NCBI RefSeq assembly: GCF_036971445.1
Contig: NC_091470.1
Location: 184,822,001-184,886,000, forward strand
Origin: Narcine bancroftii
Taxonomy: Eukaryota
Length of the DNA: 64,000 bases
Direction: 5' to 3'
A program made the translations under genes and the position numbers. Positions 38,301 through 47,172 of the stretch are shown here, one piece after another. Position 1 is the first letter of the stretch, and each line of letters starts with the position of its first letter. The notes beneath the pieces were generated by a model, which did not search any database, had not been told where the DNA came from, and worked only from the letters and a program-made list of their open reading frames with translations.

Positions 38301-39760
38301 CCTCCAAGAATGTATAGATGGAGATTAAACCCCATGTTACTTAAAAGGCAGGATTTTAGAGAATTTATTGAAAGACAAATTAAAATGTATTTTGAAATAA
38401 ATACGAAATCAGTGAAAGATAAGTTTATACTATGGGATGCAATGAAAGCATTCATTAGAGGGCAAATAATAAGTTATGTAACCAAGATGAAAAAGGACTA
38501 TAATCAGGAAACAGAGCAGTTGGAAAGGGAAATAGTAAATATAGAAAAAGAATTAGCAATGAAGGAAGATACAACTAAATGAAGAGAATTGGCGGATAAA
38601 AAAATAAAATATGAAACACTACAAACGTATAAGGTGGAGAAGAACATAATGAAGACAAAACAGAAATATTATGAACTAGGGGAAAAAACGCACAAAATTC
38701 TAGCATGGCAGCTTAAGACAGAACAAGCTAAGAAAATGGTATTGGCATCAAGGAAAAAAGACAAACAAATTACATATAATTCAAAGGAGATCAAGGAAAA
38801 CTTTAGAGAATTCTATGAACAATTATACCGAACTGAAAACGAAGGGAAAGAAGGGAAAATAGATGGATTTCTAACTAAAATTGAACTACCAAAACTACAA
38901 ATAGAGGAACAAAATAAATTAACAGAGCCATTTGGAATAGTAGAAATACAAGAGATAATAAAAAAATTACCAAATAATAAGACACCAGGAGAGGATGGAT
39001 TCCCAATAGAATTCTATAAAGCATTTAAAGACTTATTAATTCCGCCCCTCCTGGAAGTAATCAACCAGATTGATAAAACACAAAGCTTACCAGATTCATG
39101 TAAAACAGCAATAATTACAGTAATACTAAAGCAAGGGAAAGATCCACTCACACCAGCGTCATATAGACCAATATCTTTACTTAGCACAGATTATAAGATA
39201 ATAGCTAAACTATTAGCAAACAGATTAGCAGAGTATGTACCGAAAATGGTAAATCTAGACCAAACTGGATTTATCAAAAAAAGACGCACAACAGACAATA
39301 TTTGTAAATTTATTAACTTAATTCATGCAGTAGAAGGGAATAAAGCGCCAACAGTAGCAGTTGCTTTAGAAGCACCAAAGATTCTCGTAAACCTGGCATT
39401 CTGGCCAGTTGCATCACTGCCTGATACGGAGGCGCCAACTCTCAGGGCAAGAATAAACTCCAGAAGGTCTTCATAAAGCACCCTTTATCCTCAAAGACCC
39501 ACACCACCACCCAGACCATGCCCTCTTCACTCTGCTACCACCAGAAGCCTAAAGACAAGCCCTCAGTGGCACAAGGATGGCTTCTTCCCCTCTGCCATCT
39601 GATTCCTGAATGATCAATGAACCAAAGACACTGCCTGACTTTTCATGCACTCTTTTTTCTATAGTAATGTTGTAAGATGGTTATAATATGAACGTTTGCA
39701 CTGTGATGCTGACGCAAAACCCCGAATTTCGTGACTTGTTCGTGACAATAAATTCTGATT
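35380..39760 (+). mobile_element. Rex-Babar/L2-like LINE 3' fragment interrupted by the L1
   Basis: VKNFKLLGVNISEDLSWSLHIDAITKKVCQRL..RRLRR lies to the left. The remainder (PHHPDHALFTLLP-like) resumes right of the TSD. Confidence 0.7.
35572..39372 (+). mobile_element. L1/Tx1-clade LINE, 5'-intact and 3'-truncated, with 17-bp TSD
   Basis: 5'UTR, then ORF1 35956-~36913 (coiled coil, ENYNRRNNIKIVGL, IERAHR; frameshifted). ORF2 starts at 37581 with APE motifs (NING, QETH, GGDFN, SRID, SDH) and the RT start, ending at AVAL(D). Flanked by CACCAAAGATTCTCGTA at 35555-71 and 39373-89. Confidence 0.93.
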
Positions 39761-39861
39761 CAGAGTGTCCTGAACTACAGGCAGTGCCAGGAGGTCTCAT
39801 CTTCCAGCCACACCTGGTCTGCACCCCACCCGGCACTGAGACAGACAAAAGGGGAGCTTAC

Positions 39862-40179
39862 CAGTGTTGCTGACATGTTTGGAGACAGGTGAAGGGAGAG
39901 TACTGTGAGACACGTGGCAGCTATAGACGGAGCCCTGGGTCCACTGGGCCGTGGCAATGGTCAGCTTGCTCATCTCGGTGAAGGTCGCGTTGGGCTCCAG
40001 CAAGGACATAGTCTGCGAGACCCCTTCATCCACGTCCTGCCCATCCACTGACCAGGAGATGGAGATGCCTTCAGGGTAAAAGTCCTCTGCCACGCACAGC
40101 AAAGTGATATCCTCCTGCTGGAGAAGGTCCTCAGGCCGCGGCTGGTGAAGGTGAACCACGGGAGGTGACTGCGGAGGGG
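39862..40179 (-). CDS. Ig C1-set constant domain exon 1
   Basis: ctctctcattgcag|CC...ACTG|gtaagc; 318 nt; phase 1-1. Translation APPQSPPVVHLHQP..ITLLCVAEDFYPEGISISW..NATF..SKLTI...W..GSVYSCHVSH has the C1-set motifs (CxxxxFYP, W, YxCxVxH). Confidence 0.93.
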
Positions 40180-40279
40180 CTGCAATGAGAGAGCCATGTT
40201 AACCGAGCCAGTGGAAATCACCCGGCAGATCCTCTCCCCACGTGAAATGAAACAGAAATCTCCGGAAACGCCAGGCAAC

Positions 40280-40760
40280 ATTGGCATCACCTGGGGGGGG
40301 GGGGTGCGGACCTCACCAGGTGACACCATCAGAGAGGATGACACCTAAATTTTTGTGCAGTGTTTCAGCAGAAATTGATTCTTTTTTATAAAGATATCCC
40401 TGTCGTTAGTTATAACAACAAAATTATTTTTTGTCAGCCCAACTGACATGGATCAATAGACCCATAAGGCGAAAACTCAATGTTCATTTACATTTTGAAC
40501 CTCCAGTCAGAGCTGTCATAATGAGCCAATGTTTCGAATCCTGTGGTTTTGTCTGCATAAGCAAGCGCTGTTGTTTTTGTTGCTGCCAGTGTTTTTAGAG
40601 TCACCGCTTTGGTTAAACCTTCTGGTGTTTTAGCTACGATCTTGGAGTCATTAGTATTTGTGGACCGAGATCAATAGTGTTTCTGAGAATGAAGCAATAA
40701 TTAAAAGATAAGGAGAAAAATCATAAAAGGGCTTCCGCTCAATTACTAATAATGTAGAAA
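40280..40760 (-). mobile_element. Non-autonomous DNA-transposon-like repeat; a split homologue lies at about 5905-6430 plus 11610-11760
   Basis: Reverse-complement similarity seen by eye (GCGCTTGCTT.TGCAG.., GGTTCAAAATGTAAAT.., TGCTGAAACACTGCACAAAAA). Confidence 0.6.
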
Positions 40761-43323
40761 ACAGTCTTGTTGATTGTATTCATAAAATCTGAGAAATGTT
40801 TCATATGGGAATTACCATTTACAAGTAACAATGGTACAAAACAAATGTTACTAAGGATTCTGTTTGGCCTGGTATGGGAGGAGGTCCATGGGGTTGTTAC
40901 CGGACAGAGTGAGACCAATTCTAGTGATACCACTGTCTCCCCACATGAAGTGAAACAGAACTCCCCAGGCCATGTTGTGGAAGAGAAATGGGGTCAACCT
41001 TCAAGGATGACAATATTCCATTGCAATAGATACAGAGAAAATGTGTGTGAGTGTGAGGGTTATAAATGCATGGGAGGGAGGCCCAGTCAATGCCTTGACC
41101 TGGAACCTCAGTGGCTCTCTCCTGAGGCGCTACATGGCCAACTGTCTGTTCGTTAAAACACAACACTGGAGAAACTCAGCTGGTCAAACTTTAGGTAGCA
41201 AAGATGCATCGCCAACATTTCGGGCTTCAAACCTTCATCGAGGTATGAACAAAATGTAGGCAGAATACGATGGTGGGAGAGGATGAGCTGGCGGGGTGGG
41301 GGGGAAGCACAGTCCCAAAGGCAGGAGATAATAGGTGGATAAGGGAGGGAGGGTACACCAGCAAACACGCAGATGGGAGGGGGAATGGCCCTGTGAATGA
41401 AGAGGGAAGGGGGTGCAGGGCAAGAGAAAAGAAGAACAGGGAAAAGAGAAGGGAGGGAGAATGGGGAGTGGGCTAGCAGCAGAAACCAGAGAGGTCGATG
41501 TGGAGAGCGCCTGGATGGAAAATCAAGTATTGTTCCTCCAATTTACGGGTGGTCTTGGTGAGAGAGCACACAAGCCCATGGGCTAGGATCACCACTCCTA
41601 TTGCAGAGGTACTGACATTCAGGGAGAATAAGAAACAAGACCAGGAGTCAGCCATCCGGCCCGACGAGCCCTGCTCTGCCTTTCATCAAGATAATGGCTG
41701 ATCTGACAATGGGCTCATCTCCCCTGACCTGCCTGTTCCCCATGTTCATTAATTCCCTTCTCATATCTATCCAACCTTGTCTATCCAACCTTGTCTTAAA
41801 TACATTAACTGTATTTAAATACATTAACTGAGGTCGTCTCCACTGCCTCCATGAGACTAATACGTAGGTGAATGGAACTGATAAAAAATGGTGGGTTCTG
41901 CAGTTGTTAGACCATAGGAGAAGGAGGCCATTGAGTCTGCCCCTGTGATTTAATCATGAGCTGATCCATTTCCTGACTCAGCCTCACTGTCTGGCCTCCC
42001 CAGAACCTCTGATGCCCAGGGCTGATCAAGAACCCCTGCCTTAAATAGACTCAATGACCTGACCACTTCACAACCACCTGTGGTGACAAATTCCACAGAT
42101 TCACACCCTCAGACTGAAGAAACTTATCTAAGCCTTCCATCCTGAAGTTGTGTGCCCTCTTGTCCTGGACTCTCCCACCATGGGGAAAAAATTTTCCACA
42201 TCTGCTCTGTCCTCGCCTTTCAACATTTGAAATGTTTCAATGAGATTCCTCCCCTCCCCACCCCCCCACCCCATTCTCCTAAATTCCAATGAGTACAGGC
42301 CAAGAGCTATCAAACGCTCCTCATATGATAACACTTTCATTCCCGGAATCATCCTTGTGAACCTGCTCTGAACCCTTTCCAACGTCAGCACATCCTTTCT
42401 TAAATGAAGAGCCCAAAACTGCTCTCGGAATCTTGTTCTTTCCCTAGACTTTCTTTCAGATGCCTCATACCTAGAGGAAGGGGTCAGGTCTGAAATGTCG
42501 GTAATATATCTGTTCCTACAATGGAAGCTGTGAGACCAGCTGAGTTTTTCCAGCATCTGTGTGTTTGGTCAGAAATCCCTCTCTCCTGTCCCAACAGGAC
42601 TTGTACTCACTGGGCTGGGGGTGGGGGCAACTTCCCTCCCAAATTCGGACAAAATAGTGGGGAAAATTCAGGCAAAGCAATGAGAAAAAAAAATCAGACA
42701 GAGAAAAGCGAAAAGAGAATCAAATTAATAATGACAGCGGCCCAGCTCCACCTTGTCCCACCCCTGGGGTCCTTCACCCCCGGGGCGCCCCACATCTCAC
42801 CTCCAACCCAAGGTCCGCGGCCTCCTCCAGGAACCCGCTCATTGCTGGGGTAACGGCACTCAGCATCAGTGTTCAGGGCCTTCCATGACGTCGGTGCGCA
42901 CACGCCACGCCGCCCGGGCACAGGACTGCTGCTGATGGGTGGAATGACTCGCAGTGGGCTTGCCGTGTATTGGCGTGGCATCACCCAACATCGTTCCCAC
43001 AGCAACAGGCCTTCCCCTGGATGGTGAAGCAGCCCGGGGCCTGGGGATGGAGGTGAGCGGGGTCGGAGCAGTCTGGGACAGCCCTCTTGCGCCCGGTGTC
43101 TGCGCTGGCAGCCGGTTCGAGGAAGAGGCAGCGGCCTGTGTCCGGGCCTAGAGCTGAGATGTGAGGCGTCTTGGGTGCAGACCAGGCCCTGTGTAAAAAT
43201 TTCAGGCAAATCTACCCCTCTGTCCCCCATACGCCCATATGCTTGCGCTCCCACACACAGCGCTGATTCTTCACGCCCGGAACTCTTGGTATGCCGCAGT
43301 CCGGTAAATGTGAGGGTACCTAC

Positions 43324-43701
43324 CAGGGTCCACGGTGACTGTCACTCCGCACCCGCTCCAGTCAGTGCTGTAGGGGAAGTAACTGTTGGAGCTGCCGCAG
43401 TAATACCTAGCAGAATCGTCCCGTTGCAAGCCCATGATGGTGAGGGAGAACCTCTTGCTGGCCCAATTCTTGGAACCAGTGAACCTCTCCGTCCCCGGCA
43501 CAGCGTGGAGCGCCAATGTTGATCCCGGAGTCCAGTACAGGATCCACGAGATCATCTTGTCGGTGGGCTTGGCGGAACCCCAGACCAGGAAATGGTCGTC
43601 CAGGTTCCTGGAGGTGAAGCAGTCTAGTGTCACCGTTTCATTTTCACGGCGCCTCATGGATATTGGGGAGATGTAGAGAGTATCATCAGCCAAAATCAGG
43701 C
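43324..43701 (-). CDS. Exon encoding a germline-joined V(J) Ig domain of an antibody-like gene (probable UrIg-type)
   Basis: Acceptor tttttttctgcatttcaccgcag|GC and donor CCTG|gtaggt, both phase 1. Translation: (x)LILA-DDTLYISP..TVTLDC..FLVW..SWIL..RFTGS..FSLTIMGLQRDDSARYYC-GSSNSYFPYSTDW-SGCGVTVTVDP. It shows the B-strand Cys, C-strand Trp, DxAxYYC and a J-like GxG-xTVTV in one exon. No CACAGTG/CACTGTG heptamer separates the V and J parts. Confidence 0.93.
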
Positions 43702-43929
43702 CTGCGGTGAAATGCAGAAAAAAACACACACACAGTAAACACTAGAGGAAATCAGCTGGTCTCGCAGCACCCAGAGAAGACGTTTCAGGCCTGAGCGAGA
43801 AAGAACAAGAAGATATGGAAATTAAATACTGGATCCGATGAGAGGAAACATGAGAATTGGTTGTGTCTCTATGAGAAGGATGGAGAGAGAGTGCAATCTG
43901 GGAGAAAAGGTGGCGGGGGACGAAGGATG

Positions 43930-45070
43930 TGGATTTTACCCGTGTGGACTTTAGAGAGGCCTTTGACAAGGTCCCACATGGGAGGTTAGTCAGGCAGGTT
44001 CCAACGGTCGATATTCATGGTGAAGTAATGAACTGGATTCGACAATGGCTGGACAGGAGAAGCCAGAGAGCAGTGGTGGACGACTGCTTCTCAGACCGGA
44101 GGCCTGCAACTAGCGGCGGGCCTCAGGGCTCGGTGCTGGGACAATTGTGATTTGTAGTCTCTAACAACCTGGATGATAATGTGGTAAATTGGATCTGCAG
44201 ATTTGCTGTAGATGGTGAGGAAGGTTTTCAGAGCTTGCAGGGAGACCTGGACCAGCTGGGAAAATGGGCTGAAAAATGGGAGATGGAGTTTAATGCAGGC
44301 AAGTGTGAGGTGTTGCATTTTGAAAGGGCAAACCAAGAAAGGCCGTACACGGTGAATGGTGGGGCACTGAGGAATGTTGTAGAACAGAGGGATCTGGGAA
44401 TACAGATACATAATTCCCTGAAAGTGGACAGGGTTGTAAAGAGAGTTTTTGGCACATTGGCCTTCATAATTCAAAGTATTGAATATAGGAGTTGGGAAAT
44501 TATGTAAAAGTTATATCAGACATTGGTGAGGCTAAATTTGGAGCATTGTGTGCAGTTTTGGTCACCAAACTACAGAAAAGATATTCATAAGTTAGAAAGA
44601 GTGCAGAAAAGATTTATTAGAATGTCGCCTGGACTTCAGGAACTGAATTAGATGGAAAGGTTAAACAGGTTAGGACTTTATTCCCTGGAGCACAGAAGAA
44701 TGAGGGAAGATTTGATAGAGGTATTTAAAATTATGAGGGGGATTGACAGAGTAAATGCAGGTAGGCTTTTCCCGCTGAGGGTCGGTGAGATACAAACCAG
44801 AGGACATGGGTCACGGGTGAAAGGGGAGAAGTTTACGGGGAACATGGTGGGGAACCTCTTCACTCAGAGAGCGATGGGAGTGTGGAACGAGCTGAGGTGG
44901 TGAATGCGGTCTCCATTGTAACATTTAAGAAGAATTTGGACAGTGATGGGTGGGGTGTGGAGGGCAATGGGCTGGGTGCAGGTCAGTGGGACGAGGCCAA
45001 AATAAAATGCTTTGCCACAGACTAGAAGGGCTGATGGGACCTGTTTCTGTGCTGTGATGTTCTGTGGTTC
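43930..45070 (+). mobile_element. Decayed CR1 3' fragment
   Basis: DFREAFDKVPH, PQGSVLG, W.MEFN..KCEVLHF and RRMREDLIE. Confidence 0.85.
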
Positions 45071-45701
45071 TAAGAAGGCGAGGGGATTTACCAGAAAACA
45101 GAGAAGTCGGTGTTAATGCCGTCCAGTCGGAGAAGGAGGGCCCGGATGGAGGATGAGGAGCTCCAGCTTGTGGGTGGACTTGGTCTGGCCGGCGCCTGGG
45201 ACCATATCGGGAAGGGGAAATGGGACGGAGATTTGAAGTGGGTGGCCACTGGGAAGATCCACGCTATTGTGACAGAATCCAGAGGGTAGAGTAATGAGTG
45301 GGGAGGGGGGTTTATTTTAACCTCTTGGAGGTGGGTTGGATGGAAGTAATCTTCAAAATCTGCCGCATTAAGGGGAACCGAGCAATGGAACAAAAACCAC
45401 CCTCCTCCAATGGAGTCAAAAATGAAAGTCTGCAGACACAGTGGTTGAAGTAGAAACAGGACGCTGGAGAAACTCGCCAGGCCAAACGGTGTCCTTTATG
45501 TAGCAAAGGTATATCACCGACGTTTCGGGCCTGAGCCCTTCATTGAAGTGGAGTCAAAATGCCTTTTTTTTGGCTCATAAAAGGAAAACATCAGTTCTGA
45601 ATCTTTATCTTTGCTGTATAAAGTTCACTGTTTGACCTGCTGAGTTTCTCCAACATTGAATTTTTAAACCCTCTCCCAATGCTGGGTTCGTCTCTCTGGA
45701 G

Positions 45702-45833
45702 CAGTGGTTTTCAAACCTTTTTCTTCCCACTCACATCCCACTTTAAGTAATCCCTAGGCCATCGCTGCTCTGTGATTAGTCAGGGATTCTTTAAGGTGGT
45801 GTGTGAGTGGGAAGGGAAGGTTGAGAATCACTG
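45702..45833. mobile_element. Single hAT-like MITE unit
   Basis: Same TIRs and internal sequence as the units at 6673-7020. Confidence 0.8.
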
Positions 45834-46742
45834 GTCCATTAGGTTGTTTTTGCTATCAATTGCATTTTCTCTCTCGCGTAACACCAGAGTATTGGTCTCG
45901 AGTTGCCCAGGACAGGCAGGAAGGACGAATGACCTCCTTCTGCGGGCTATTAGAGGCTGGGTGGACCACCCTAGGTAGCGATCCTGGGTGTTTGGATTGG
46001 GATAACATCCTCTGGGGCTCATGGGCCGCCCACCAGCCCTCGTCCAAACTCACTTCCCCAGGGAGGAAGACTTTGGAAGGGTTCCCACCGGTCCGGGGAT
46101 TATCCACTTGGCTGGCAGATTTGGGGGCGGGAGGGGCAGATCTGAGGCCAGGGGAGACGTACCTGGGCGAAGGGCCAACAGTGACAAGAACCACCACATC
46201 TTCTGAACCCGTCGCCACTGGGTGGAGCAGGTCGGGGGACTGAGCACAGATGGGGCTCCCAATACGGTCCGATTCTGCTCGCAGAGACAAGGCTCAAGAT
46301 CCAAGAGGACATCTGATGATTGAATCCCGACTTTCTCACAGTGGATACTGTCCGCACTGGCAAAAGTCCAACGTACCAACTAATAGCTCACTTATAAAGT
46401 TTGGCAGAACCCCCAATGCTGCGTATCTCCTGAAGCCGGCCCATTCACTCCCTCACCAAAGACGTTGTCCCATGTTGATCTTGCCACGATGGTGCAGTCA
46501 CAGCTGAACCCAGGGGCCAGGGTCTTGGAGCAGGTGGTCAGAGGTACTTCGGGCGCGATGCTGAGGCATGGAGGTTCAGGGGTGCCAGGACCCACCCGCG
46601 GCTGCCGGCTCACCTCTCTAGGGTTCCGGGATTGATCCTGACCTTGGCCGCTGTCGGTGGGGTTTGCACGTTTCTCACCCCCAACATTACCTCACCACTG
46701 AATGTGTGCAGGAATTGACGTCCGTGAATGTAACTGCAAGAA

Positions 46743-47092
46743 NNNNNNNNNNNNNNNNNNNNNNNNNNNNNNNNNNNNNNNNNNNNNNNNNNNNNNNNNN
46801 NNNNNNNNNNNNNNNNNNNNNNNNNNNNNNNNNNNNNNNNNNNNNNNNNNNNNNNNNNNNNNNNNNNNNNNNNNNNNNNNNNNNNNNNNNNNNNNNNNNN
46901 NNNNNNNNNNNNNATTTATGTGTGCGCGTGTGTGTATGTTTGTGNNNNNNNNNNNNNNNNNNNNNNNNNNNNNNNNNNNNNNNNNNNNNNNNNNNNNNNN
47001 NNNNNNNNNNNNNNNNNNNNNNNNNNNNNNNNNNNNNNNNNNNNNNNNNNNNNNNNNNNNNNNNNNNNNNNNNNNNNNNNNNNNNNNNNNNN
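46743..47092. other. Unresolved bases (N runs at 46743-46913 and 46945-47092) around a TG-rich island
   Basis: Read directly from the sequence. Confidence 0.99.
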
Positions 47093-47108
47093 CAAGCAAT
47101 GTACTTAC

Positions 47109-47172
47109 ACAAATGGATCAATACAACCCCCGGCTGAAGTTTGAATGTCCAATTAAAGATTAACAACGTTTT
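47109..47172 (-). CDS. Candidate leader (signal peptide) exon of the Ig-like gene
   Basis: Strong donor T|gtaagt (phase 1). Acceptors at ctttcactttag|47172 or cttcag|47133. Spliced to the V exon it gives ...QPGVVLIHL-C-LILA/DDT, a plausible hydrophobic region and cleavage site. The exon has no in-frame ATG. Confidence 0.45.

Noticed and set aside
42694-43254. 186-aa GC-rich ORF in the V-C1 intron as a hinge or extra exon
   Set aside because: No recognisable domain or convincing splice pair, and V and C1 already join in frame.
43361-43387. Facing heptamer-like words (AACAGTT, CACTGAC) in the CDR3 as relic RSSs
   Set aside because: Each matches only 5 of 7 bases, the first lacks the essential CAC, there are no nonamers, and both lie in coding sequence. 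Consistent with chance.
24406-43701. Conventional IgM, IgW, IgNAR or TCR cluster
   Set aside because: No RSS, D or separate J, no TM exon or Cys tailpiece, and atypical FR2 and FR4. A divergent germline-joined cluster is not formally excluded without phylogeny.
46664-47166. Long ORFs spanning the N runs
   Set aside because: Artefacts of translating N as X.
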